Position numbers and translations under genes: made by a program. The notes under the pieces were generated by a model. It had not been told where the DNA came from and made no database searches. It saw only the letters and a program-made list of their open reading frames with translations. Below are positions 26,363-35,289 of a stretch of DNA of 35,289 nucleotides, piece after piece (positions within the stretch are counted from its first letter, which is position 1; each line of letters begins with the position of its first letter). The DNA is from an uncultured Acidobacteriota bacterium (GTDB lineage Bacteria > Acidobacteriota > Polarisedimenticolia > J045). Location: NCBI GenBank assembly GCA_963702425.1, contig CAVPCQ010000004.1:1-35289 (forward strand), in the 5' to 3' direction.

Positions 26363-27166
26363 GTGACGGCACCGGCTCCCGGCAACCTGCTGCGCACCGC
26401 GGAGCGCGCGGTGCGTGCGGGGGCCGCGGCGCTGGCACCGTTCTTCGCGCGACGCACCGGGCTGTCGATCGAGGAGAAAGCGCACCACGACTTCGTCTCG
26501 GAGGCCGACCGGGCGTCCGAGCGCGCGATCGCGGCGGCGATTCGCGCCGAGTTCCCGGGCCACGCGATCCTGGCTGAGGAGGAGCTGCACGCCGCGCTCG
26601 ACGAGCCCGGGCCGCTCTGGATCGTCGACCCGCTCGACGGGACGACGAACTTCCTGCACGGCTTCCCGGTCTTCTCCGTCTCGATCGCCTGCGCGGTCGC
26701 CGGCGAACTGCTCGTCGGCGTGGTGCTCGACCCGTCGCGCGGCGAGCTGTTCGCGGCTTCCCGCGGGGGGGGCGCGACGCTCGACGGCCGGCCGATCGCG
26801 GTCTCGTCCCAGCCCGGGCTGCGCCGCGCACTGGTCGGGACCGGCTTCCCGTTCCGGCGGCTCGAGCGGCTCGAGCTCTACCTGGCCGCGTTCCGCGCGG
26901 TGATCGCCGAGACCGCCGGCGTGCGCCGTGCCGGGTCGGCGGCGATCGACCTGGCGTACGTGGCGTGCGGACGGCTCGACGGCTTCTGGGAAGAGGGGCT
27001 CGGACCGTGGGACATCGCCGCCGGTGCGCTGCTGATCGAGGAGGCGGGCGGCGTCGTGACCGACTTCCGCGGCGGGCGCGCCTTCCTGGAGCGCGGCGAG
27101 CTCGTGGCCGGGCCGGTCGCGGTCCAGCGCGAGTTGCGACTGCTGGTCGCGAGGGAGATGGCCTGA
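26363..27166 (+). CDS. suhB: Inositol monophosphatase family protein
   Basis: DFVSEAD, ILAEE, WIVDPLDGTTNF, TGFPF, RRAGSAAIDLAYVA, WDIAAG. Confidence 0.93.
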   Translation: MTAPAPGNLLRTAERAVRAGAAALAPFFARRTGLSIEEKAHHDFVSEADRASERAIAAAIRAEFPGHAILAEEELHAALDEPGPLWIVDPLDGTTNFLHGFPVFSVSIACAVAGELLVGVVLDPSRGELFAASRGGGATLDGRPIAVSSQPGLRRALVGTGFPFRRLERLELYLAAFRAVIAETAGVRRAGSAAIDLAYVACGRLDGFWEEGLGPWDIAAGALLIEEAGGVVTDFRGGRAFLERGELVAGPVAVQRELRLLVAREMA

Positions 27167-27176
27167 CGGAGCGACC

Positions 27177-27196
27177 TCCGGGCGGCGCGGCCCGGA
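27177..27196. terminator. Hairpin between the convergent suhB and pdxA genes
   Basis: tccgggc-ggcgcg-gcccgga. Confidence 0.35.
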
Positions 27197-27205
27197 AGGA
27201 GCCGG

Positions 27206-28273
27206 CTACAACCCGCTCGTCCCGCGCGGCGCCTTGCCGCCGCCGCGCAGCGCGCGTGCGAGCGTCGCGCCGACCTCGATCGCCTGGACCATGCTCTCGT
27301 CCGAGGCGATCCCCTTGCCGGCGATGTCCATCGCGGTGCCATGATCGACCGAGGTCCGCACGAACGGCAGCCCGACGGTGACGTTGACGGCGCGCCGCCC
27401 GGTGAGCAGCTTGACCGGGATCGTCGCCTGGTCGTGGTACAACGCCAGCACCACGTCGAAGTCGCCGCGCCGGGCCTGGATGAAGATCGCGTCGGCGGAG
27501 ACCGGGCCGTAGACCGTCAGCCCCTTCGCGATCGCGGCACCGATCGCCGGGATGACCTCGCGCGTCTCCTCGTGGCCGAAGCGGTTGCCTTCGCCGGCGT
27601 GCGGGTTCAGCGCCGCAACGCCGATCCGCGGGCGCCGGCCGAAGAAGCGGCGCCACTCGGCATCGAGCAGCTCGAGCTGAGCGACGATGCGGGCCTTCGT
27701 CACCTTGGCGATCGCGTCGCGCAGCGAGACGTGGGTCGTGAGGAGCGCGACCGAGAGCTCCTCGGACCAGAAGAGCATCGCGACCTTCCTGACGCCGGCG
27801 ATGCGGGCCAGCATCTCCGTGTGGCCGGGGTCGGGGAAGCCCGCGAGCTGGAGCGACTCCTTGTTGAGCGGCGCGGTGACGATCCCGTCGACGGCGCCGG
27901 AGAGCGCCATCCGCGCGGCGTATTCGACGTCCTCGCCCGCCGCGCGCCCGGCCGCGGCCGAGACCTGTCCGGGCCGCAGCTCCGCCGAGACGTTGCCGAG
28001 ATCGAGCAGCTGCGGCTTCTCCCAGCGGCGCGACGCGGGTGGCTGCTGGCTGACCGCACCGAACGGCCAGCGCAGCTTGAGGTCGCGCGCGGCCCGGCGC
28101 ATGCACGCCTCGTCGCCAATCACGACGAGCCGCGCCGCGGCCGCGGTCTTCTCGTTCGCCAGCGCCTTGAGGACGATCTCGGGCCCGATGCCGCACGGGT
28201 CGCCGAGCGTGATCGCCAGGACCGGTCGATCGGCGTCGCGCCTCTCCCCGGCCGGCAGCTTGGTTTCGTTCAT
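27206..28273 (-). CDS. pdxA: 4-hydroxythreonine-4-phosphate dehydrogenase
   Basis: TLGDPCGIGPE, TAPLNK, PGHTE, LNPHAGE, YHDQ, RTSVDHGTAMDIAGKG. Confidence 0.96.
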   Translation of the reverse strand: MNETKLPAGERRDADRPVLAITLGDPCGIGPEIVLKALANEKTAAAARLVVIGDEACMRRAARDLKLRWPFGAVSQQPPASRRWEKPQLLDLGNVSAELRPGQVSAAAGRAAGEDVEYAARMALSGAVDGIVTAPLNKESLQLAGFPDPGHTEMLARIAGVRKVAMLFWSEELSVALLTTHVSLRDAIAKVTKARIVAQLELLDAEWRRFFGRRPRIGVAALNPHAGEGNRFGHEETREVIPAIGAAIAKGLTVYGPVSADAIFIQARRGDFDVVLALYHDQATIPVKLLTGRRAVNVTVGLPFVRTSVDHGTAMDIAGKGIASDESMVQAIEVGATLARALRGGGKAPRGTSGL

Positions 28274-28590
28274 TCGTCCGACCTGTCCTCGCCTTCCTTG
28301 TGGACGTACCGGATGTAGCGCTTGTAGAGCAGCAGGTTCGGACCGTCGTCGCGGTGGATTTTCACGCAGTCGCGGTCGTACCACTCGACGCGACCGCGAA
28401 TCGACTCACCGCCCTCGAGCACGAAAACCATGACGGTCTTCGTGCCCATCTGCTTCAGGTAGTAGAACTCCTCGGCGTGCGTCTTCTCGGGAGGAAGAGG
28501 CTTGCGGCGCGCTTCGTCCGAACCGCCGCTGCTGCTGACCGTGCGCGCGCGCCGCTCTCCGGCCGGGTGCCTGTCGGACTTGTGCTCCAC
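28270..28590 (-). CDS. Hfq/Sm-like RNA chaperone (atypical)
   Basis: Sm1-like VFVLEGGESIRGRVEWYD and Sm2-like LLLYKRYI. GGAGGT lies 8 nt upstream of GTG 28590. The stop overlaps the pdxA start. Confidence 0.75.
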   Translation of the reverse strand: MEHKSDRHPAGERRARTVSSSGGSDEARRKPLPPEKTHAEEFYYLKQMGTKTVMVFVLEGGESIRGRVEWYDRDCVKIHRDDGPNLLLYKRYIRYVHKEGEDRSDE

Positions 28591-28666
28591 GGTCACCGAC
28601 CTCCGGGGCCGCCTCCTGGCCGGAACATAGCACGGGGGGGTGCCCTTGACTACGACCCGGTACAAG

Positions 28667-29875
28667 TCAGCGGTAGGTCACTTTCTCCTTCATATTCCTC
28701 GGCAGGCGCGCCTCGTAGTCCTTGCGCACCTCGATCGTCGCCGCATCCCACAGGCCCGTCATGAACTTCTCGTAGATCACCGGGAATTTCTGCTGGCGCA
28801 CGGCCTCCTCGCAGCGCATGCGCGCCGCGTCGAAGGGCGTGAGCTTCTCGTCGAGCTTCTGTTCGATCTTCACGATCTGCCAGCCGACCGGCGTCGGGAT
28901 CGGCCCCACGACCTCGCCCGCTGGCGTCTTGATGATTGCCTCGGCGACGGGCTCGGCCAGATCGGAAGGGGCCACCGGACCGATCAGTCCGCCCAGCGCC
29001 TTCGACGGTCCCTCGGACTCCGCTTCGACGAGCGCTGCGAAGTCCTTCCCCGACTTGGCCTGCGCGACGAGCTCGACCGCCTCGTCCATCCGCGCCCGCT
29101 TCTGCTCCTTCGTCTCCGCCGCGAGCACGATCTCGCGGAAGGTGACCTGGCCGGGGGTGAGGAACTCGTCGCGGTGCTCGTCGTAGTACTGGCGCGCCTC
29201 CTTCTCGGAAACCGAGATGGAGCGCGTCACCTGGGTGTCGATCACATAATCCGGGGCGGCGCCCGACACGAGCTTGTCCTGGAGATCGGCACGCGACATG
29301 TGCAGGTCGTCCTTCAGCACGCGATCGAACTGCTCGTCGGACTTGATGTCGTTACGCTCCCTCCAGCGCTTGACCAGGTCCTTGCCGATCTCGTTGACGT
29401 CGTAGAGGCGCTCGGCCTCCTGCACGAGCAGGCGGCTGCTGATCAGGGACATCAGCATCTGGCGCTGGACCTCCGCCACCTTGGCGGACATCTCTCCCGA
29501 CGAGACGCGCTTTCCCTGCATCGCCGCCGACAGTGCCTGCTGCTCGGAGCCGCGCAGGTCGGACAGCAGCACGACGTCGTCGTTGACCCAGGCGACGATT
29601 TCCTCGACCGTCGATTCGTTCTCCTTGGGACCGACGGCCGGGCCGGCGACGGAGGGCCCCCCGGGCGTTCCGGGGGCGCCGGGCGCCACGGTCGGCGCCG
29701 TCGGGAGCCGCGTCCCGGAAACGGTCGTGCCGCGCAGGACCTCGGGCGGCTTCTCCTCCTCTTGCTTGGTCTCCGGAGCGGCCGGCTGTTCCTGACCGGC
29801 CGGCGGGGGCGGGGGCGGGGGAGGCGGCTCGGCCTGGGCGACGGCCAGGGCGACAAGAACCAGCGGCCACGACAT
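28667..29875 (-). CDS. SurA-like peptidyl-prolyl isomerase/chaperone
   Basis: Signal peptide, VEEIVAWVNDDVVLLSD (SurA N-domain), parvulin-type DFAALVEAESEGPSKALGGLIG and GPIPTPVGWQIVK. Confidence 0.88.
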   Translation of the reverse strand: MSWPLVLVALAVAQAEPPPPPPPPPAGQEQPAAPETKQEEEKPPEVLRGTTVSGTRLPTAPTVAPGAPGTPGGPSVAGPAVGPKENESTVEEIVAWVNDDVVLLSDLRGSEQQALSAAMQGKRVSSGEMSAKVAEVQRQMLMSLISSRLLVQEAERLYDVNEIGKDLVKRWRERNDIKSDEQFDRVLKDDLHMSRADLQDKLVSGAAPDYVIDTQVTRSISVSEKEARQYYDEHRDEFLTPGQVTFREIVLAAETKEQKRARMDEAVELVAQAKSGKDFAALVEAESEGPSKALGGLIGPVAPSDLAEPVAEAIIKTPAGEVVGPIPTPVGWQIVKIEQKLDEKLTPFDAARMRCEEAVRQQKFPVIYEKFMTGLWDAATIEVRKDYEARLPRNMKEKVTYR

Positions 29876-29909
29876 TGCGAGGTCTCCTCGTTGCGTTCCC
29901 GGCTCTCGG

Positions 29910-30833
29910 TCAGGGGGCCGGCGCCGGCGGGGGCGCGGCGGCCGCGGCCGCCAGCTCCTCGAGCCGCGCCGCCCTCAAGGCCCCGAACTTCCGCTCGAAG
30001 AGCCGCTCGCGGGCGGCTTCGCGCTCGCGCGCGCCGGGCCCCGGGGGCGGCCGCCGGTCCTCGAGCCGGAACAGATAGTATGACTCCTCGATCTCCACCG
30101 GACGACTCAGCTCCCCGGGCCGGAGCTTCTTCAGCACCCGGGCCGCCGGCTCCGGCAACTGGGTCAGCGCGCGCGTCTGAATGGCCCCCCGGTCCGGGGC
30201 CTGAGAAACCTGTCCCGCGACGTCCTGGAAGGTCTCCCGGCCGCGCTCGAGGCGCTCGAGCGCCGCCTCGGCCTTGACGCGGCTGTCGACCAGCAGCTGG
30301 CGGAAGGTGACCTGATCGCCCCGGTCGGCAGGCCGCGAGGTCGCCAGCTCGCGCTCGATCTCGGCGTCGTCGACACGGACCTCCGGCATCAGGACCGTCG
30401 TCTCGTAGATTTGCGCCAGCACGCGCCGGCGGGCGTCTTCGCGCAGCTCCTGCGGCGTGCCGTCCGCGCCGAGCGCGGTGAGCCGCCGCGTCGCGTCGTC
30501 GATCGCCTCGATCGGCGCGTAGAGCCCCCGCGCCTCCGCGGCGTCGGCGAAGAGCGCCTCGGCGACCAGTTCCTCGCGCAGCCGCACGCGCGCGGCGGGA
30601 TCGATCGTCCGCGGGTCGAGCCCGGTCTCGCGCAGCAGGAAGCGGTCGAGCTGCGCCTCGCTCAGCGTCGCGCTGCGCGACGCGGGAGCCGTCGCGGGCG
30701 CGGGCTCCTCCTTGCGGTCGCAGCCCGCGGCGAGGGTGAGCGCCAGGGCGAGCGCGAGGCTTGCCGGCCGCGCGGCGCGCAGCATGGCACGCTGCACGGT
30801 GCGGCCCGCGATGACCTGGCCCGGCCCGCTCAC
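29910..30833 (-). CDS. Parvulin-type PPIase, probable lipoprotein
   Basis: Lipobox TLAAGC; [14 protein letters not shown] and [24 protein letters not shown] overlaps the mfd stop; alternative start at 30785. Confidence 0.8.
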   Translation of the reverse strand: MSGPGQVIAGRTVQRAMLRAARPASLALALALTLAAGCDRKEEPAPATAPASRSATLSEAQLDRFLLRETGLDPRTIDPAARVRLREELVAEALFADAAEARGLYAPIEAIDDATRRLTALGADGTPQELREDARRRVLAQIYETTVLMPEVRVDDAEIERELATSRPADRGDQVTFRQLLVDSRVKAEAALERLERGRETFQDVAGQVSQAPDRGAIQTRALTQLPEPAARVLKKLRPGELSRPVEIEESYYLFRLEDRRPPPGPGAREREAARERLFERKFGALRAARLEELAAAAAAPPPAPAP

Positions 30834-33800
30834 GACGCGAGCTTCCGCAGCGCGAGCGACGCCGCGGCGATCCGATCGGCGCGCGGGTCGGTCACCTTGA
30901 GGCGCAGCACCCCCGCGGCGGTCATCCGCACCTGGTCGTCGCGCTGCAGAAGCTGAATCACGCGCTCCCCGTCCACCTTCGGGCGCCCGCCGTAGCGCAC
31001 TGCGACCGCGTCGCCGGCCCAGTCGATCGAGACCGCCCCCTGCTCCTGCGCCAGCACGCGCAGCTCCGCCTGGCGGAAGAGGTTGCGCGCCGACTCCGCG
31101 AGCCTCCCGAAGCGGTCCTCGGTCTCTTCCATGATCGCGCGGATCTCGTCGACCGTGTCGGCGCGCGACAACCGCTTGTAGATCTCCAGCCGCTGGCCGG
31201 GGTGGGGAATCACTTCTTCAGGGATGAAGGCCGGCAGGCCGAGGTTGATCGTGACCGGCTCCGGCGCCTCGGGGAGCGGCAGCCCCTGCAGCCGGCGGAC
31301 GGCCTTCTCCAGCATCTCGGCGTACATCTCGAAGCCGACCGCGGTGATGTGGCCCGACTGTCGCGCGCCGAGGAACTCGCCCGCGCCGCGGATCTCGAGA
31401 TCCATCGCTGCGATCCGGAAGCCGGCGCCCAGCTCGGAGAACTCGACCAGCGCGGCCAGCCGCTGTCGGGCCTCCGGCGTCAGCTCGCGGCGCGGCGGGA
31501 TGAACAGGTAGGCGTAGGCGCGGAGGTCCGAGCGCCCGACGCGGCCGCGCATCTGGTAGAGCTGCGACAGCCCGAAGCGGTGCGCCTGGCTGACCAGGAT
31601 CGTGTTGGCGCGCGAGATGTCGAGGCCGTTCTCGATGATCGTCGTCGCCACCAGCACGTCGGCCTCGCCGCGCACGAACTGCAGCATGACCTTCTCGAGG
31701 TGCCCTTCCGGCATCTGGCCGTGGGCGTGGACGATCGTCGCCTCCGGCACCAGCTCGCGCAGGTTCGTGACGATCTGCTCGATCCCCTGGACCTTGGGCG
31801 TGATGTAGTAGACCTGCCCGCCGCGGCGCATCTCGTTGCGGATCGCGGCCGCCACGAGCGACGGCGACCAGGGGGCGAGGTGGGTCTGGATCGCCAGCCG
31901 GTTGCGCGGCGGGGTCTCGATGACGGAGAGATCGCGCACGCCGGCCAGCGAGAGCTGCAGCGTGCGCGGGATCGGCGTCGCGCTCATCGCCAGGCTGTGC
32001 ACGCCGAGCGAGAGCTTCTTGATCGATTCCTTGTGGCGCACGCCGAAGCGCTGTTCTTCATCGACGACCAGCAGGCCCAGCTTCTTGAAGCGGACGTCCT
32101 TCGACAACAGGCGGTGCGTGCCGATCAGGATGTCGACCTCGCCCTTCGCGGTGTCGTCGAGGATCTTCTTCGTATCGGCGGCGGAGACGAAGCGCGAGAT
32201 CATCTCGACCCGCACCGGCCAGCTGGCCATCCGCGCGCGCATCGTCGTGACGTGTTGGAAGGCGAGGACCGTCGTCGGCACCAGGACCGCGACCTGTCCC
32301 CCCTCCTGGACGACCTTGAAGGCGGCGCGCAGGGCGACTTCGGTCTTGCCGTAGCCGACGTCGCCGCACAGCAGGCGGTCCATCGGCGTCGGTTCCATCA
32401 GGTCGGTCTTGATGTCGGCCAGCGCGGTCGACTGGTCGTAGGTCAGGTCGTGCGGGAAGGCCGACTCGAACTCGCGCTGCCAGGTCGAGTCGGCGCCGTA
32501 CGCGGGTGCGCGCACCGCGCGGCGCTGCGCATAGAGCAGCAGCAGCTCGCCGGCCATCTCCTTGACCGCCGCGCCGACCTTCGCGCGGCGCTTGTCCCAG
32601 CCGGGCGTCCCGAGCCGGTCGAGCGGCATCAGGACCTGTTCGCCGCCGGCGTACTTCTGGATCAGGTCGAGCCGCGTCACCGGGACGAAGAGCCGGTCGC
32701 CCGCGGCGTACTCCAGCAGCAGCATCTCGTCGCCGGTGCCGGGGCGGCGGGTCAGCCCGGCGTAGCGGCCGATCCCGTGGTCGACGTGGACGACGAGGTC
32801 GCCCTCCTTCAGGTCGCGCAGGTCGGAGAGGAAGGCCTCGCTGCCGCGGCGCTTCTTCGGCGGCGGCGGCGGCGGGTCGGCGCCGAAGAGGTCGGCCTCG
32901 GAGAGCAGCAGCGGGCCGTCGTGCCCGAACTCGACGCCGCGCTCGAGCGCGCCGTGGGCCAGGACGATCTCGCCCGGCGCGGGGGCCCAGGGCTGGTCCT
33001 CGTCGGCTTCGCGGCACGGTACGCCGGCGGCGGCGAGCACTTCCTTGAGGCGCTCGCTGCGGCCGCTGGTCCGCACGACCAGGGCGACGGGACGGCCGGC
33101 GGCGCGTGCGGCGTCGAGGTCCTTCGCCAGCTCGTCGAGGTGGCCGCCGTAGGTGCGCGGCGGCCGGCCGCCGAGGTCGACCGTGCGGCGCTCGCCGGGG
33201 CCGGTCATCGGCAGCTCGGAGAGGACGAGCGCGGCGTCGGCGAGCTGCTTTTCGATCTCGGCGGGCTCGACGAACAGCTCGCGCGGCGGCGGGAGCGCGT
33301 CCCCCTGGCTCTCCTGCCAGGCGGCGTCCAGCTCCTCCCAGCGCGTGGCCAGCTTGTCGGCGGCTTCCTCCGGCTCCCAGGCGACGAGCGGGCCGCGCAG
33401 CAGGGTCGCGAGCGGGACGACGTCGGCGCGGTAGAGCGAGGGCGCTCCCTCGAGGCCGGTCAGCGCTTCCTGGAGCATCAGCTGCTGGCCGTCGTCGCCG
33501 GGCGGCGCGTCGGCGAGCAGGGCGCGCGCGCGGCCCATCAGGCGGTCGAGCAGGTGGTCGGCCTCGCCCGGGCCGATCGGCGCCTCGCGCGCCGGGAGCA
33601 GCGCGAAGCCGTCGACGCGCGCCGAGGTGCGCTGCGTGCCGGCGTCGAAGCGGCGGACCGACTCGACCTCGTCGCCGAACAGCTCGACGCGCAGCGGCGC
33701 GTCCTCCTGCGGCGGCCAGATGTCGAACAGGCCGCCGCGCCGCGCGAAGTCGCCGGGCGCGGTGACGACGTCCATCACCCGGTAGCCCTTGGCGACGACC

Positions 33801-34294
33801 TCGCGCGCGAGGGCGTCGAGGTCCACGCGCGCGCCCGGCTCGACGCGCCGCGCCCAGCCGCGGATCGTCGCGGCGCCTGGGACGGGGGTCATCAGGGCCG
33901 TGGCGGGGAGGACGACCACCAGCGGGCCATCGGCGTGGACCAGGCGGTCGAGCACGGCGACGCGTTGCGCGGCGACAGCGGCGTGGGCGGGGAGGCCGCG
34001 GTAGGGGTCGGCGTCGAGCGGCGAAAGGCGCAGCACCGGGACCGACGGGCTGTCCTGGAGCAGGGCCTCCAGTTCGCCGGCCAGTGCGCGCGCCCGGGCG
34101 TCGTCGGGCGTGACCACGACGAGCGGCCCGCCGGCGGCGCGCGCCGCGGCCGCCAGCGCGAAGACCCGCGCGGCCGGCGCCATCGCCGAGGCGCGCACGC
34201 GCCGCCCGGGGCCCGACACCGCGGCCTCGATCGCGCGGCGCGCGTCCGCGGGCACGAGGTCGAGCAGGAACGACGGAAGCGACGGCCGGCTCAC
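30830..34294 (-). CDS. mfd: Transcription-repair coupling factor
   Basis: [23 protein letters not shown] (RID/CarD), [50 protein letters not shown] and the TRCF domain. Start estimated at GTG 34294. Confidence 0.97.
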   Translation of the reverse strand: MSRPSLPSFLLDLVPADARRAIEAAVSGPGRRVRASAMAPAARVFALAAAARAAGGPLVVVTPDDARARALAGELEALLQDSPSVPVLRLSPLDADPYRGLPAHAAVAAQRVAVLDRLVHADGPLVVVLPATALMTPVPGAATIRGWARRVEPGARVDLDALAREVVAKGYRVMDVVTAPGDFARRGGLFDIWPPQEDAPLRVELFGDEVESVRRFDAGTQRTSARVDGFALLPAREAPIGPGEADHLLDRLMGRARALLADAPPGDDGQQLMLQEALTGLEGAPSLYRADVVPLATLLRGPLVAWEPEEAADKLATRWEELDAAWQESQGDALPPPRELFVEPAEIEKQLADAALVLSELPMTGPGERRTVDLGGRPPRTYGGHLDELAKDLDAARAAGRPVALVVRTSGRSERLKEVLAAAGVPCREADEDQPWAPAPGEIVLAHGALERGVEFGHDGPLLLSEADLFGADPPPPPPKKRRGSEAFLSDLRDLKEGDLVVHVDHGIGRYAGLTRRPGTGDEMLLLEYAAGDRLFVPVTRLDLIQKYAGGEQVLMPLDRLGTPGWDKRRAKVGAAVKEMAGELLLLYAQRRAVRAPAYGADSTWQREFESAFPHDLTYDQSTALADIKTDLMEPTPMDRLLCGDVGYGKTEVALRAAFKVVQEGGQVAVLVPTTVLAFQHVTTMRARMASWPVRVEMISRFVSAADTKKILDDTAKGEVDILIGTHRLLSKDVRFKKLGLLVVDEEQRFGVRHKESIKKLSLGVHSLAMSATPIPRTLQLSLAGVRDLSVIETPPRNRLAIQTHLAPWSPSLVAAAIRNEMRRGGQVYYITPKVQGIEQIVTNLRELVPEATIVHAHGQMPEGHLEKVMLQFVRGEADVLVATTIIENGLDISRANTILVSQAHRFGLSQLYQMRGRVGRSDLRAYAYLFIPPRRELTPEARQRLAALVEFSELGAGFRIAAMDLEIRGAGEFLGARQSGHITAVGFEMYAEMLEKAVRRLQGLPLPEAPEPVTINLGLPAFIPEEVIPHPGQRLEIYKRLSRADTVDEIRAIMEETEDRFGRLAESARNLFRQAELRVLAQEQGAVSIDWAGDAVAVRYGGRPKVDGERVIQLLQRDDQVRMTAAGVLRLKVTDPRADRIAAASLALRKLAS

Positions 34295-34466
34295 GGGCGG
34301 CAAGGATGGCGCAGGCGCTGGCCGAGCGCTATCCCTCGCGCGGCGCCATGTCTCGGAGCGGCGGCCTTCCCCGGCGCGGCGCGCGCGCCGGGTCCGATTC
34401 CCGCGGTGGGGACGGTGCGCTGCTTCGACGCTCCCGATCGCCGCCCGCGCGACGCATTCTCTCCCC

Positions 34467-35289
34467 GTGACCACGCTCCCCGATCCCCGGCGCCCCGGCC
34501 TGTTCGAGAAAATGCGCGAGACGCTCCGGCTGGCCCACTACAGCCGCCGGACGGAGGAGGCCTACGTCGGCTGGATCCGGCGCCTGATCCGTTTCCACGG
34601 CGGGCGCCACCCGCGCACGCTGGGGGCGGAGGAGATCAAGGCGTTCCTGACCTTCCTGGCCGTCGAGCGGAACGTCGCCGCCAGCACGCAAACCAGGCGC
34701 TGGCCGCGATCCTGTTCCTCTACAGGAAGGTGCTGCAGCTCGACCTGCCGTTCCTCGAGGACTTCACGCGGGCCTGCGCCCCCGCGCGTGCCGGTCGTGC
34801 TCAGCCGCGACGAGGTGCGGGCGCTGCTCGCCGAGATGCGCGGCGTGCCGCGGCTGGTCGCGCGGCTGATGTATGGCTCCGGCGGGCGTCCGCTGGAGGC
34901 GCTTTCGGTGCGCGTGAAGGACCTCGACCTGGAGCGCTGCATGCTCACGGTGCGGGACGGCAAGGGAGCGCGCGACCGCGTGACGGTGATCCCGAAGGCG
35001 CTACGGGACGAGCTGCGGCGGCATTTGAGACGGTGCGGCTCCAGCACGAGCGGGACCTGCGCCACGGCGCCGGCTGGGTAGAGCTGCCCGACGCGCTGGC
35101 CCGCAAGATGCCGTCCGCCGGCCGCGAGTGGCCCTGGCAGTGGGTCTTCCCGGCCACCCGGCCGTACGTCGACCGGGTCTCGACTAGCTCAGGCGTCACT
35201 ACCTGCACGAGAGCGTGATCCAGCGCGAGGTCAAGCGCGCCGCCGCCCGCGCCCGGATCCCGAAGCGGGTCACGACCCACACGCTGCGC
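34467..35289 (+). pseudogene. intI: Integron integrase (IntI), about four frameshifts, truncated by the window end
   Basis: Joined across frames: [68 protein letters not shown], the IntI-specific insertion [28 protein letters not shown] and HTLR. Confidence 0.9.

Noticed and set aside
1-35289. CRISPR arrays, tRNA, rRNA and riboswitches
   Set aside because: Intergenic regions are short and show no regularly spaced repeats or recognisable RNA motifs by eye. A covariance-model scan would be needed to exclude small RNAs.

Overview
A very GC-rich bacterial chromosomal segment of mostly housekeeping genes. Gene content and order suggest Acidobacteriota, but this is inference only. Left part: a frameshifted secreted S9 peptidase, an Asp-box (sialidase-like) lipoprotein with an unexplained C-terminal module, an orphan Fe/heme-type ABC ATPase, lgt, an SDR, a PAP2/AUR1-like membrane enzyme, a 42-aa Ada Zn-domain fragment missed by the ORF track, and a DUF302-like protein. 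The most unusual block (8.4-13.9 kb) is a highly divergent TldD/PmbA(TldE)-like pair transcribed away from a ~954-aa protein built as pseudo-receiver, long disordered linker, TM helix and TonB-C domain. Then come rpsU and accD-folC-trmB-dprA-topA-(Na+/H+ antiporter)-trmFO-(TPR-like)-xerC-(double retropepsin)-suhB, converging on mfd-PPIase-surA-like-hfq-like-pdxA. The window ends in a multiply frameshifted integron integrase with no visible attI or attC. Several small indels suggest sequencing or assembly error. I saw no rRNA, tRNA or CRISPR array. All calls come from reading motifs by eye; no searches were run.
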